DNA of 64,000 bases from an uncultured Gemmatimonadales bacterium (GCA_963798915.1 CAWCVB010000005.1:345291-409290); one strand, 5' to 3'. Positions 44,652-55,273 are shown, counted from the first letter of the stretch. Made by a program: numbers and translations. The notes: a model not told the origin generated them from the letters alone.

Positions 44652-47582
44652 TCAAATTCCCAGTTCAATCCCGATCCGTATCCGCCGCGGCGTGCCGTTG
44701 AGCCCCACTCCGTACGTCGCATCAAAAGCGGCGTTGACGGCCGCACGCTGCTCACCCACGGTGTAGACCCCGTCGCCATCGCCATAGCGCGCTTCGGCAC
44801 GACGGAGGGCCACGCAGTTGGGCGCGCCGCCGTGATTCCCGTTGATCGTGACCCATGACTGGCACGCATCAGGCGTGGACAGGTTCACGCTACCGTTCGT
44901 GTCGTCGTACGCTCCATTCATGAGGGCTTCGGTGCGGACCTCCCCGAGGCCATTCTGGACAGCCCGCTCGCGCGCAACGCCGACACTTCCCGAATCGCGC
45001 AAGGCACGAATGACATTGTGGAAATTGAGGGCGTTGCGCGCATCAATGAAGAACCGCGGTGCATACGCGGCGCTTCCCAGTGCCTTCGCGAACCGAAGGT
45101 CCAGCACTTTCCTCATTGGCAGGCGAGTATAGGCGGCGCTGATTCCGCCGATGCCGGTCGGGGGTGGGCAGGCCTGGTCCGAGTACGTGAGCGCCAAGGT
45201 GAGAGGGTACCCGCAGCCGAGGTAACTGGTTCCGCTCGCCAGCTGGAATCCTGCCCAGAGTTGTGAACGGGCCAGCCAGCCGGAGCGAAGCGCTGCGGGC
45301 GCGCGGATCTGGACCACGGCCAAGAGCATATGCGGCCGGCTCCACGCATTCCAGCTGGCATTCTCGAAAGTCTCGTCGGTATCGAGGTACTGGTAGCTGA
45401 GCATGGCGCCGAGCGTCGCCGTGGAGTAGTCGAGCGAGAAGGACGCACCCTGCGTCGCGTAATGCCCGATATCGACATATTGCCTGATCGAGGTCGGGCT
45501 GTCGTTGCGCGTGGGATTCCGGAGATTCACCAGTCGCGACAGGGCCACACTGTCGATCGTGCGGTGGAAGCCGACCAGGTCCAGCGACAGATCGTCGCCC
45601 AGCCGCTGGCGCACGCCCAGCTCCTCGTGCCAGCTGCGCTCGAACCCAAGATCCGTTCCGAAGATCTGCCCCGCACTGGTCAGGGTGAGATCAGTGTTGA
45701 TACCGGCATAGAGCTGGGCCAGGTCGGGCATGCGGACTTCGCGCGAAATGCCTCCTCGGAGGACGGTGCCCTCGCCAATCCGCAGTGACGCCCGGACGCG
45801 CGGACTCCAGGCCGCATGTCGCTGGTCCTCGATAGTACCTCGCAGGGGCAGGACCTCACCGTTGATCGTGGCCGTCTGCCCTTCCGCGCCATAGCTCGAG
45901 ATGGCGGGGTACTGCTGGTACGTGCCATAGTCGGGGTTGGCCTGTCCACTGCAACAAATGAAACCGACTGTATCGAGCGTAGCCGGCCGGTCGGCATTTG
46001 AGGAAAAGAAGTCGTAGCGCAGGCCCGCGGAGAGTTCCACGCGGTCATAGCTGAACTTCTGCTCGGCGTACACCGCGCCGCTGCGGGGATGCTCGATGTA
46101 AACGTCGGAGAAGATCTGGCTGGTCAGTTGGTGCTCATAATTGGTGACATCGTAGCGGGCGAAGGTGCCGCCCACACTGACCACGGAATTGCGGTTGACC
46201 TGCCAGGCAAGGTCTGCAAAACCGGTGGTCCGCCGTTCGTGGAAGAGTGCGAGCCCACCCACGGGACCGCCAGCTTCATAAAAGGGCGTGAGACCGCCGA
46301 ACCCATACAGGCCATAGGGACCGTCACGGTAGTTGTTCTGAAGATTGTATTGGTCCACATTGGCCAGGTCATAGGGCGAACGTCGGCTACCCTGCCGGTT
46401 GAGGCGATAATTGTTGACCAGCGCGGTATCGACGGGGAAACTCTCGAAGTCCCAGCGGAAATCGAGGCCGCCAAGCATGAGTCCCAGCGCCGGGTTCCGG
46501 GTCTTGCGTTCGCCTTCGGCAGTGAGTGGCCCATCCATGCGCTGGTTGGCCTGCCTGGAGACGCCCAGGCGGTAGGCACCCGGTGTCGGTCCGCGTCCCA
46601 ACTGGCCAGAGAGGGTGACTGCATAGACGCTCGCCAGTTGCTGGTCACCCCTGAGATTCGCGGGATTATTGATGTTGGAGTAATCGAAGAGTCGTGCGTC
46701 CGTGCGCGATTTGAGCGCCAGGAAGCCAAGCCGTGCCGTGCGGTTCAGGTCGAATTGGCCACTGACGGCGAAGCGATACCGGGACTGGGCCGACCGCGGC
46801 GTCCGGTCCCCGGTGCAGTCGGTGCCGTAATTGCTGGCGATCCCGGTATTGGCGCTGGCCTGGAAGGCGTCACAGTCGCCGCGAGTCACGCCCCACGCCG
46901 GCACGTCCACCACCAGCGTGTCGCTGAAGCTGTTCCCCGGGATGGCGGCGAAGCGGACGGTCGTATCGACGCCGAGTGGCGCGAAGATCGGGACGCTGCG
47001 CGCGTCGGTGCCGAAGTCGGCGCTCTTCTGCCCCATCAACGTGCCCGCCAGGAAGAGGCGATAATTGCGTCCCGTTGTACCGGCGTGGGCCTCGAAGCGG
47101 TTGATGCCAAGGCTGGAGGCGCCGAGCCAGCGGTCGGTGCTGTACGCGAAGCGGGCGCCCGCCGAGTCCAACCCTGTCGGCACTTCAAACTGCAGCGCAC
47201 GAGCGGCAGCGTAGCGGGCGGAAAGCGGACCAGTGACCGCCCATGCATTGCGAACGCCATTGGTGGGCAGCGCGACCCACGCGGTGCGAGTGCCGGGCGT
47301 GATGTCGATCCCGTTCACCAGCACGCCGGTCTGGCCCGGCTCGGCGCCGCGGACGGAAATGCCCCGAAGCGAACCATCCACACCCGGCAGGAAGAGCAGT
47401 GGGCCCTCCACGCTGTCCGCCGCCGCACCACCGAGACCATCGCTGGTCAGGTGCTGGACGGTGGACAGCGAATCCGGCCGGCGCAGCACGGAATCCGCCA
47501 GGGCAGGCACTCCTTGCGCGATCAATGCGGATGGCGCCAATAGCAGCAAGGCACACGACCATTGCCGGGCGGATGCGAACAT
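44652..47582 (-). CDS. TonB-dependent receptor-like outer-membrane protein with reduced N-terminus
   Basis: Signal peptide, ISVRG...VNGI plug remnant, GLRYDFF, WSPRV, DARNALN, PRRIRIGIELGI. Confidence 0.8.
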   Translation of the reverse strand: MFASARQWSCALLLLAPSALIAQGVPALADSVLRRPDSLSTVQHLTSDGLGGAAADSVEGPLLFLPGVDGSLRGISVRGAEPGQTGVLVNGIDITPGTRTAWVALPTNGVRNAWAVTGPLSARYAAARALQFEVPTGLDSAGARFAYSTDRWLGASSLGINRFEAHAGTTGRNYRLFLAGTLMGQKSADFGTDARSVPIFAPLGVDTTVRFAAIPGNSFSDTLVVDVPAWGVTRGDCDAFQASANTGIASNYGTDCTGDRTPRSAQSRYRFAVSGQFDLNRTARLGFLALKSRTDARLFDYSNINNPANLRGDQQLASVYAVTLSGQLGRGPTPGAYRLGVSRQANQRMDGPLTAEGERKTRNPALGLMLGGLDFRWDFESFPVDTALVNNYRLNRQGSRRSPYDLANVDQYNLQNNYRDGPYGLYGFGGLTPFYEAGGPVGGLALFHERRTTGFADLAWQVNRNSVVSVGGTFARYDVTNYEHQLTSQIFSDVYIEHPRSGAVYAEQKFSYDRVELSAGLRYDFFSSNADRPATLDTVGFICCSGQANPDYGTYQQYPAISSYGAEGQTATINGEVLPLRGTIEDQRHAAWSPRVRASLRIGEGTVLRGGISREVRMPDLAQLYAGINTDLTLTSAGQIFGTDLGFERSWHEELGVRQRLGDDLSLDLVGFHRTIDSVALSRLVNLRNPTRNDSPTSIRQYVDIGHYATQGASFSLDYSTATLGAMLSYQYLDTDETFENASWNAWSRPHMLLAVVQIRAPAALRSGWLARSQLWAGFQLASGTSYLGCGYPLTLALTYSDQACPPPTGIGGISAAYTRLPMRKVLDLRFAKALGSAAYAPRFFIDARNALNFHNVIRALRDSGSVGVARERAVQNGLGEVRTEALMNGAYDDTNGSVNLSTPDACQSWVTINGNHGGAPNCVALRRAEARYGDGDGVYTVGEQRAAVNAAFDATYGVGLNGTPRRIRIGIELGI

Positions 47583-47683
47583 CAGCTTTCTCCCGAGGAC
47601 AGGACTGACGGATGGATGGGCTAATATACGGCATGCACGCACCAGAATCACGGAACGTGACGACGGCCACTTCGGATCTTCGC

Positions 47684-48502
47684 ATGCCTGGGCGTCGCCG
47701 CCTGCTCGTTGGGGGCACGCTTGCGGCGTGCGGTCTTGCGCTGGACGGATTCGGGCTGGAAGCGGCTGAAGTACTGCTGACCCGCAGCGACCTTCCGGTA
47801 CCGGGCCTCGACCGGGCGTTTGAGGGGATGACGATCGCGCAGGTCAGCGACGTGCATTTTCCCGGCAATCATCGCGCGGCGCGCGAGGCACTCGGCATCC
47901 TGCGGCGAGAGAAGCCCGATGTGGTGATCTGTACCGGCGACCTCGTCGAGAATCACGCGGCACTCGGCATGCTGACCGAATTTGTTCGCGCCGCACGCGG
48001 TTCGCGTGCCACTATCGGGATTTTCGGTAACTGGGAACGCAAGAGCCACATTCGCGATGCCGAGCTCGCGGCAGCCTATCGAGCAGCGGGTGCGACCATG
48101 CTGCAGGACGCCCGGATGGTGTTGCGGGAGGGAGGGGGACGGCTGGGCATCGCCGGACTCGGTGATGCGCTCTACCGCGCGCCATCCCTCGGCCCGCAGA
48201 TTCTCGATCCCTCGCTGTCCGATGCCGATCTCTGGCTGGTGCACTGTCCGGCCTACGCCGAACGCATCCCGCATGTTTCCCGCCTGCCGGCTGCGATCAT
48301 TGCGGGCCACACCCATGGCGGCCAGATTCGTCTCCCGGGCTGGGTGCCGTACCGACCCATCGGCTCGGGCCGGTTTCTCGAAGGGTGGTACCGCGACACG
48401 CCGGCGCCGCTCTTCGTGACACGCGGCGTTGGCACCGTGGAAATCCGCGCACGCTTCTGCTGCCCACCTGAACTACCCATCTTCACGCTTCGGCGCGGTT
48501 GA
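47684..48502 (+). CDS. Metallophosphoesterase (YkuE-like), possible Tat substrate
   Basis: SDVH, TGDLVE, GNWE, HCP, GHTHGGQI, TRGVG; RRRLL N-terminus; alternative start 47633. Confidence 0.88.
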   Translation: MPGRRRLLVGGTLAACGLALDGFGLEAAEVLLTRSDLPVPGLDRAFEGMTIAQVSDVHFPGNHRAAREALGILRREKPDVVICTGDLVENHAALGMLTEFVRAARGSRATIGIFGNWERKSHIRDAELAAAYRAAGATMLQDARMVLREGGGRLGIAGLGDALYRAPSLGPQILDPSLSDADLWLVHCPAYAERIPHVSRLPAAIIAGHTHGGQIRLPGWVPYRPIGSGRFLEGWYRDTPAPLFVTRGVGTVEIRARFCCPPELPIFTLRRG

Positions 48503-49216
48503 TCACCAGGGCTGCGGCTTGCCCTGGTAGTCAATGAAGCACCCGCTGTCCTCCAGCCGGAGCCGATCCGCCATGGCGAGCAGGCCGCGTACCGAGTCGG
48601 CCGGCGACAGGGTAGCGTTACGGCCACCCATCTCGGTGCGCACCCACCCGGGCGTGATCGCTACCGCAATGATGCTGTCCCGGCGGAACTCCGCCGCGAA
48701 GCTTCGGGTCATGATATTGAGCGCCGCCTTGCTCGCGGCATAGGCATAGTCGCCGCCGTTCGTGCGATCAGAGACCGAGCCCAGCAGCGACGACAGGTTG
48801 AGAATCCGCGGCCGTGGCGCACGGCGGAGGAGGTCGAGCAGCGCCTGGATGACGAGCATCGGGCCGGCGGCGTTGACATCGTAGATCGTCGCCAGCTCGC
48901 GGCGCGACAGCGACGCGAACCCGGTCGCCGCGGCGTCCCAATGGTCCGAGTGCAGCGAATAGCGACCGGCGCTGTTAACCAGTATATCGATCGAGGGGAC
49001 GACGCCCTCCAGCGACCGGCGCACCGACTGGATGGATTCGTCGTCGGCGACGTCGCATGGGAGCGCAATGATGTGGTCACCATACGTCGAGCGCAGCTCG
49101 GCCACGGCGTCAGAGCGCCTGGCCGTGGCAATGACCCGGTCACCGCGCTCGGTGCACTGCCGTACCAGTTCCCGACCGATGCCGCGGTTGGCCCCGGTGA
49201 TGAATACGGTCTCCAC
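48503..49216 (-). CDS. SDR family oxidoreductase (C-factor/CsgA-like subgroup)
   Basis: TGANRGIG, SSLLGS, YAASKAALN, PGWVRTEMGG. Confidence 0.9.
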   Translation of the reverse strand: METVFITGANRGIGRELVRQCTERGDRVIATARRSDAVAELRSTYGDHIIALPCDVADDESIQSVRRSLEGVVPSIDILVNSAGRYSLHSDHWDAAATGFASLSRRELATIYDVNAAGPMLVIQALLDLLRRAPRPRILNLSSLLGSVSDRTNGGDYAYAASKAALNIMTRSFAAEFRRDSIIAVAITPGWVRTEMGGRNATLSPADSVRGLLAMADRLRLEDSGCFIDYQGKPQPW

Positions 49217-49218
49217 AA

Positions 49219-50043
49219 TTACTCCACGCCCGCAAGGTTATACATGGCGCGCCAGGCGGAGAAGGCGGCGAGGTAGTCGTCGTGTTGGTAGCGTACCGTG
49301 CGGCCGTCGATCCGTTCCGTACCGGGCACCAGCTGGGCCATGTCCGCCTGCACTGACCGGGCGTACTCGGTTTCGAAGATGACGGGCGTCCCGAAGCTGA
49401 AGACGGGATGGCTTCGCTGGAGCGCCTCGGCCACGCCAGCGCGGATGGCCTGGCGGGCCCGCTCGGGGGAGAGACTCCGCGCCGAGTATCGGCTGAGGGC
49501 GTACTTGACGGCAACGATGCCCACCTGCTCCCCCAGGAAGTCCACCGCCTCGGCGACAAGCGTATTGTCGCCGCTGGCAAACGCCACTGGAACGCCGTGA
49601 CATCCCGCAGCGGCCGCATTCAGCGCCAGCTCCCCGACCGGCCGGCCGTTGACGCGGACCTGATGAACTCGGTCGGTGTAGGTGTGGTCAATGACTGACT
49701 GGCGGGTGCCGGCCTGCCCGTGATAGCCGATGAAGCAGGCGGCATCAAAGCCTTCCTGGATGCCTTCCACCATGGAGAGGGTCTTCGGGCTTCCGCTGAT
49801 GAGCTCTGCCTCCGGGTGCAGTTCATCGGCGATGAGATTGCGCATCAGCCAGTGGCTGTCGTTGAGCACGATGCGGTCGGCACCGGCATCAAGGGCACCC
49901 TGAATGGCAGCGTTGGCCTCTCCCGTCATCAGCCGGCACGAACGCGCATACTCGGCGGCGGCGGCCGGATTGGTGGGATCGGTCTGGATCTCGTGCACGA
50001 CGCCGGCAATGCCTTCCATGTCCACTGAGAGATAGACCTTCAT
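49219..50043 (-). CDS. M55 family D-aminopeptidase (DppA-like)
   Basis: MKVYLSVDMEGIAG, NDSH, FIGYH, HTY, GE..LNA, SGD. Confidence 0.93.
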   Translation of the reverse strand: MKVYLSVDMEGIAGVVHEIQTDPTNPAAAAEYARSCRLMTGEANAAIQGALDAGADRIVLNDSHWLMRNLIADELHPEAELISGSPKTLSMVEGIQEGFDAACFIGYHGQAGTRQSVIDHTYTDRVHQVRVNGRPVGELALNAAAAGCHGVPVAFASGDNTLVAEAVDFLGEQVGIVAVKYALSRYSARSLSPERARQAIRAGVAEALQRSHPVFSFGTPVIFETEYARSVQADMAQLVPGTERIDGRTVRYQHDDYLAAFSAWRAMYNLAGVE

Positions 50044-50113
50044 GCCGGCTCCGGCTTGCGGGAAGAAGAAGCATGGTGCTAGGCTCAAGGTACGCCTTCA
50101 TGGAGTGTGGAGC

Positions 50114-50518
50114 ATGCCTGCGTCCCTGCGGATGCTGATCCTGGCCGGACTGACTGTGCTCGCCGCCTGCGCCGGGCAGGGGCACCGCGCCCGCCAGCAT
50201 GGCCGCGCGTATACGGAATGGTTCTATCAGCGCGACTTCGCCTCGCTCTGGGCGCGATTCTCGCCCGAAATGAAGCAGACCTTCCCGTCGGCGGACGCCC
50301 TCGCGTCCTTCGCGGGCCGTACGGTGGCCGAGCTCGGGGCCGAGCAGGGAGCGGCGGTCGAGCAACTTTCCCACGAGGGCACACTCACGGTGTACTCCCG
50401 GCGGGCCCGCTTCGCGCGGTCGTCACGGCCGATGCTGCTGCAGTGGACCATGGCTCCGGACGGCACGGTCACTGGCTTCATGCTCCGACCGGCCGGGGAT
50501 TCCCTCCCGCCCGGCTAG
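50114..50518 (+). CDS. Small lipoprotein (DUF3887-like)
   Basis: LAAC lipobox; LWARFSPEMKQ, GTVTGFMLRP. Confidence 0.6.
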   Translation: MPASLRMLILAGLTVLAACAGQGHRARQHGRAYTEWFYQRDFASLWARFSPEMKQTFPSADALASFAGRTVAELGAEQGAAVEQLSHEGTLTVYSRRARFARSSRPMLLQWTMAPDGTVTGFMLRPAGDSLPPG

Positions 50519-50851
50519 TCAGAACACGCGGCCGCCGACCGGCACGTCGCGTTCCGGCACAAGCAACACAACATTGCCCGCAGGATCGGGCACGCCCAGC
50601 ACCAGCACCTCCGACTCAAAACCGGCGATGCGGCGGCTACCCAGATTCATGGCGGCAATGACCAATCGCCCCTCCAGGGCCTCAGCGCCATAGAGGCTGG
50701 TCAGCTGCGCGCTCGAGCGACGCTCACCCAGTGAGCCGAAGTCAATCCAGAGACAATAGGCCGGTTTCCGGGCCCTCGCGTTGGCCTCGACCCGGGTGAC
50801 ACGCCCTACCCGCAGGTCGAGGGTCTCGAACGCGTCGGCGCCGCTGGTCAC
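50519..50851 (-). CDS. csaA: CsaA / Trbp111-like tRNA-binding OB-fold protein
   Basis: DLRVGRV, ARKPAY, SSAQLT, GFESEVLVLG; GGAG SD before GTG. Confidence 0.88.
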   Translation of the reverse strand: MTSGADAFETLDLRVGRVTRVEANARARKPAYCLWIDFGSLGERRSSAQLTSLYGAEALEGRLVIAAMNLGSRRIAGFESEVLVLGVPDPAGNVVLLVPERDVPVGGRVF

Positions 50852-51642
50852 AGCAGGAGCTCCCCGCGCAGGACGGTCACGGCACACCCACGCAGGAGTA
50901 CCCGGTCGCCGCGGAGTTCCGTACCGACCACCCCGCCACGCGCCGAGGCCTGGTAGCCCGTCAGAACGTCTCTCCCAAGTCGTCCCGACCAGAACGGCGC
51001 CAGTGCGCAATGCGCCGATCCGGTGACCGGATCTTCAGGAACGCCCGACCCGGGCCCGAAGAATCGCGACACGAAGTCAAATCGCGGGTCATCGCTCGCC
51101 GCCGTGACGATGACGCCTCGGGCCGGGATGGCGGCCAGCTGGTCCAGGTTCGGGCTGAGCTCGCGGACGGCGCTCGCGCTTTCCATTTCTACCAGCCAGT
51201 CCATGCGATTGCGGGCCACCGAGCGCGCCGGTGCCCCGAGCGCCTGCAGCAGCCCGTCGGGCGCGGCCTCGGCGTGCACCTGGACCGCCGGGAAGTCCAG
51301 CACGATTGCGTTGCCAGACTGTCGCGCCGTCAGCGTTCCGCTGCGGGTCTCGAAGACAAGCTCGGCGTCGGTCAGGCGCAGCTCCTGCCACAGGACATGG
51401 GCGCTGGCGAGCGTGGCATGGCCGCAGAGGTCGACTTCCACGGTGGGGGTGAACCAGCGCAGGTCCCAGCGACTGTCATCACGACGGTGCAGAAATGCCG
51501 TCTCGGAGAGGTTCATCTCCATGGCGATCTTTTGCATGACTCCGGCGTCGGCGGGCGTGTCAAGCACGCAGACTGCGGCGGGATTGCCTTCGAACGGACG
51601 CTCCGCAAAGGCATCGACCTGAATGATGGGCTGGCGCGTCAC
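50848..51642 (-). CDS. PhzF family isomerase/epimerase
   Basis: QVDAF...GNPAAV, NLSETAF, EVDLCGHATLA, EDPVTGSAHC. Confidence 0.93.
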   Translation of the reverse strand: MTRQPIIQVDAFAERPFEGNPAAVCVLDTPADAGVMQKIAMEMNLSETAFLHRRDDSRWDLRWFTPTVEVDLCGHATLASAHVLWQELRLTDAELVFETRSGTLTARQSGNAIVLDFPAVQVHAEAAPDGLLQALGAPARSVARNRMDWLVEMESASAVRELSPNLDQLAAIPARGVIVTAASDDPRFDFVSRFFGPGSGVPEDPVTGSAHCALAPFWSGRLGRDVLTGYQASARGGVVGTELRGDRVLLRGCAVTVLRGELLL

Positions 51643-52040
51643 GCTCGGTGCTCCTCCGGGATGATGGCATCCACCTCGATTTCGACCAGCATCGCCGGAT
51701 CGATGAGCCGGCGAACCTCCACCATCGACGTGGCGGGCCGCACGGCGCCGAAGAATTCGCCGTGCGCTCGACCGATCGCTTCCCACTGCGAGATGTCGGT
51801 GACGAACATCCGGGTGCGCACGACATCACTGACCGATGCCCCAAGTGTCGTGAGTGCCTGCATGATGATCCGGAGCGCGAAGCGGGTCTGGCCAGCGGCG
51901 TCGCCAGGCGCATGGACCTGGCCATCGTTGTCCACGGCGGCGGTGCCGGACACGGAGACATGATTGCCGACGCGTACCGCGCGGGAATAGCCCACCGGCG
52001 CCTCCCACGGGGCTCCGCTCGATACGTTTTGACGACTCAC
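51639..52040 (-). CDS. RidA/YjgF (Rid) family protein, lacking the catalytic Arg
   Basis: SSGAPWE..VGYSRAVRVG, DVVRTRMFV, PATSMVEV, LVEIE. Confidence 0.9.
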   Translation of the reverse strand: MSRQNVSSGAPWEAPVGYSRAVRVGNHVSVSGTAAVDNDGQVHAPGDAAGQTRFALRIIMQALTTLGASVSDVVRTRMFVTDISQWEAIGRAHGEFFGAVRPATSMVEVRRLIDPAMLVEIEVDAIIPEEHRA

Positions 52041-52094
52041 CTGGACTCAACCTCCGGTTCATCTCAGAATGGGCTTGGTGGGGCGGGGCAGCAT

Positions 52095-52126
52095 AAAAGT
52101 AAAACCGGCGGCCATTGGCCGCCGGT
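52095..52126 (-). terminator. Intrinsic terminator after the CsbD-like gene
   Basis: ACCGGCGGCC-aat-GGCCGCCGGT followed by TTTACTTTT on the minus strand. Confidence 0.85.
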
Positions 52127-52133
52127 CGGAACA

Positions 52134-52382
52134 TCATGACTTGTCATTGTCGAGGTTGTCGTCGGGCTCCGAGGCCTCGGCCAGGTGCTGCTCGACCTTG
52201 CCCACCTCCTGTCGCAGCTTGCCCTTGAGCTCCTTGGCCTTGCCCTTGAATTCCTGGCTCTCGTCGTCCGCCGCGACACCATAGGCACCGCGTATCTTGC
52301 CGCCCACTTCCTCGACCTTGCCCTTCACGCGATTCTCCGCGCCCTTCTCGGCAAGCGAGTTCCGCCGTTCGTCCGTCGCCAT
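52134..52382 (-). CDS. CsbD family stress protein
   Basis: NRVKGKVEEVGGKIR...G...D...KGK...LKGK; AAGGAG SD. Confidence 0.82.
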   Translation of the reverse strand: MATDERRNSLAEKGAENRVKGKVEEVGGKIRGAYGVAADDESQEFKGKAKELKGKLRQEVGKVEQHLAEASEPDDNLDNDKS

Positions 52383-52449
52383 GTTGCACTCCTTGACGGG
52401 GCTTGAAAGGGCCCGTTCTCCGGGCTTGTGTGACTGTACGATACGGCGC

Positions 52450-53466
52450 TCAGCGCGAGGGCGCCGTGACGCGAGGCACAGCCACCGTTTCCGCGTAGTG
52501 ACAGGCGGCCCGGGTCCTGGAGATGGGGCGCAGGAGCGGAACTTCATCAACGCAGCGTTGATTGCGCAGTGGATGGAAACAGCGCGTGTGGAACCGGCAA
52601 CCGGCTGGTGGTCGGGAGGGACTCGGCAGGTCGCCGGTCAACAGGATGCGATCCTCCGGCGCGTCAGGATCGGGCTCCGGGACAGCCGACAGCAGCGCCT
52701 GCGTGTACGGGTGGCGCGGGTCGGCCAGCACGTCTTCCGCAGGCCCCGTCTCCACAATCTGTCCGAGGTACATCACCGCGATGCGATGGGCGATCTGCCG
52801 GACCACCGCAAGGTCGTGCGCAATGAAGAGGTACGAAAGCCCGCGCCGCTCCTGCAAGTCGCGCAGCAGATTGACAACCTGGGCCTGGACTGAGACATCG
52901 AGCGCCGACACCGGCTCGTCGCACACGATGAAGGACGGTTCGACGGCCAACGCGCGGGCAATGCCGATCCGCTGCCGCTGCCCGCCCGAGAATTCGTGCG
53001 GATATCGGCTGGCATATCCCGGGTCCAGGCCGACCTCTTCGAGGAGGGCGCTCACCCGCCTGCCAACCTCGGCACCCCGGGCGAGCCGGTGAATCCGGAT
53101 GCCCTCGGCGACCGCATCACCGATCGTCATGCGAGGGTTGAGCGACGAATAGGGGTCCTGAAAGATGATTTGCATGCGCCGACGCAACTGCCGCAGCGGT
53201 TCGCGCCCCAGGCTGAAGACATCGCGCCCCTCGAATCGAACCGTACCGGCGGTCGGCTCCTGAAGACGAAGAACGGTGCGTCCTACCGAGCTCTTCCCGC
53301 AGCCGGATTCACCGACCAGCGCCAGCGTCTCGCCACGACCGATCTCGAATGACACACCATCCACGGCTCGCACTGGCGGCCGCTGGCGCTGCAGAAACCC
53401 CCCGGCTTCATAGTGCTTGACCAGGTCCTTGACCATCAGGATCGTCTCGGCCGCAGCGACAGTCAT
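52450..53466 (-). CDS. Oligopeptide ABC transporter ATP-binding protein (OppF-like)
   Basis: [42 protein letters not shown]. Confidence 0.93.
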   Translation of the reverse strand: MTVAAAETILMVKDLVKHYEAGGFLQRQRPPVRAVDGVSFEIGRGETLALVGESGCGKSSVGRTVLRLQEPTAGTVRFEGRDVFSLGREPLRQLRRRMQIIFQDPYSSLNPRMTIGDAVAEGIRIHRLARGAEVGRRVSALLEEVGLDPGYASRYPHEFSGGQRQRIGIARALAVEPSFIVCDEPVSALDVSVQAQVVNLLRDLQERRGLSYLFIAHDLAVVRQIAHRIAVMYLGQIVETGPAEDVLADPRHPYTQALLSAVPEPDPDAPEDRILLTGDLPSPSRPPAGCRFHTRCFHPLRNQRCVDEVPLLRPISRTRAACHYAETVAVPRVTAPSR

Positions 53467-54437
53467 TCCGGGTCCTCCGCAATCCAGCAGCGCATCCGGT
53501 GGCCGGGTTCGACTTCGAGAAGCGGCGGCATCGTACCGCTCTTGGGATGCTTGATGGGGCATCGGGGCCGGAACCGGCACCCATCCGGCCACGCGTTGGG
53601 CGGAGGAACCGTGCCCGCAATCGGCGAGAGGCGTGTCACCGGCCCGGAGAGGCGCGGGACCGAGGCAAAGAGACCGATGGTGTAGGGGTGGGAAGGCCGC
53701 TCGAAAAGCTGCCTCGTTGATGCGGTCTCGATCAGCTGGCCGGCGTACATCACCGCAACGTCGTCGGCCCGCCCTGCGACAATGCCCAGGTCATGTGTGA
53801 TGAGAAGCATGGACATGTCGCGGGATTGGCGGAGGTGGTCGAGCAGTTCGAGGATCTGAGCCTGGACCGTCACGTCGAGCGCGGTGGTGGGTTCGTCGGC
53901 GATGAGCAGCTCCGGCTGCCCCGCCAGGGCGATCGCGATCATGACGCGTTGGCGCATGCCTCCGGACAACTGGTGGGGATAGGCGCGAAGGCGCTCCTCA
54001 GCATCAGGAATGCCGACCTCCTTGATCAGCGAAACCGCCTGATCCCTTGCATCGGCCTTGGTGACGTCAAAGTGGGCATGGATCACTTCGGTGATCTGGT
54101 CGCCCACCCGAAAGACCGGATTGAGACTGGTCATCGGATCCTGGAAGATCATCGCAATGCGACGGCCGCGGACCCGGCGCAGGGCCTCGTCCTTCAAGCC
54201 GAGCAGGTCAGTACCGTCGAGCATGACGGCGCTGCCGGTCTCGATCCGGCCGGGCGGCGGGACCAGGCGGAGCAGCGCCAGGCTGGTCAGGCTCTTTCCG
54301 CATCCCGATTCACCGACCAGCGCCAGCGTCTTCCCGCGTTCGATCTCGAAGGTGATGCCGTCCACCGGATATATCCGTCCGGTGTCTCGGTCGGGAAAGG
54401 ATATGCGGAGGTCACGGACCTGGAGTAGACTGCTCAT
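53463..54437 (-). CDS. Oligopeptide ABC transporter ATP-binding protein (OppD-like)
   Basis: [38 protein letters not shown]. Confidence 0.93.
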   Translation of the reverse strand: MSSLLQVRDLRISFPDRDTGRIYPVDGITFEIERGKTLALVGESGCGKSLTSLALLRLVPPPGRIETGSAVMLDGTDLLGLKDEALRRVRGRRIAMIFQDPMTSLNPVFRVGDQITEVIHAHFDVTKADARDQAVSLIKEVGIPDAEERLRAYPHQLSGGMRQRVMIAIALAGQPELLIADEPTTALDVTVQAQILELLDHLRQSRDMSMLLITHDLGIVAGRADDVAVMYAGQLIETASTRQLFERPSHPYTIGLFASVPRLSGPVTRLSPIAGTVPPPNAWPDGCRFRPRCPIKHPKSGTMPPLLEVEPGHRMRCWIAEDPE

Positions 54438-55273
54438 GTTTCTCGCGGATCGGTGGCGGCGCGCAGCGCATCGCCGAAAAGGTTGACGGCCAGCACCGTG
54501 GCAATGATGGCGAGCCCGGGAAAGATGCTGACCCACGGCGCAGCGGTGAGCACGTCCTTGCCGTCCAGGATCATGCCACCCCAGGAGGGGGTCGGCGGCC
54601 GCACGCCCATGCCCAGAAATGACAGGCCGGCCTCCAGCAGGATGACATCGCCCACGCCCAGCGTCGCGGCCACGAGCAGGGGACCCAGGGTATTCGGTAG
54701 CAGGTGCCGTAACATAATGCGCCAGCCCCTGGCCCCGAGGGCCTGAGCGCTGTGCACAAATTCGGCGTGTTTGAGCCGCAGCACTTCGGCTCGAACCAGG
54801 CGGCTGGTACCCAGCCAGCCGGTGGCGCCGATCGTGATCATGAGCGCCACCAGCGGCATGCGCTCCCAGGCAGCCACGAGCAGCAGCAGCACGAACAGCC
54901 TGGGCACCGCCATGGCCGCATCGACTGCGCGCATCAGGAGCGTATCGAGCAGGCCGCCGGCGAATCCGGCCAGCAGGCCCACGAGCGCGCCCAGCGTGAT
55001 GGAGAGCGCGACAGCCACGCCGGCGACAGAGAGCGAGATGCGGGCACCGGAAGCCACGCGGGCGAGGACATCCCGGCTCAACTGGTCGGTTCCGAATGGG
55101 TGGAGCAGGCTTGGTGCAGTGGCGCCCCCGACGATATCAGGCTGCGCAAACGGGTCCGGCAGGGCAAGGGGCGCGAGCACACCGAAGAGTACGATGACAC
55201 CGAGGGCCATCGCGCCCGCGCGTCCCGCGGGACTCCGGAGTGCGCGGCGGAGGGCAGGCGCCGCCGGCATCAT
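54434..55273 (-). CDS. Oligopeptide ABC transporter permease (OppC-like)
   Basis: HPFGTDQLSRD, RHLLPN, EAGLSFLGMG, PSWG. Confidence 0.93.
   Translation of the reverse strand: MMPAAPALRRALRSPAGRAGAMALGVIVLFGVLAPLALPDPFAQPDIVGGATAPSLLHPFGTDQLSRDVLARVASGARISLSVAGVAVALSITLGALVGLLAGFAGGLLDTLLMRAVDAAMAVPRLFVLLLLVAAWERMPLVALMITIGATGWLGTSRLVRAEVLRLKHAEFVHSAQALGARGWRIMLRHLLPNTLGPLLVAATLGVGDVILLEAGLSFLGMGVRPPTPSWGGMILDGKDVLTAAPWVSIFPGLAIIATVLAVNLFGDALRAATDPRET

Noticed and set aside
50848..51642. Phenazine biosynthesis cluster
   Set aside because: A lone PhzF-family gene with no other phz genes.
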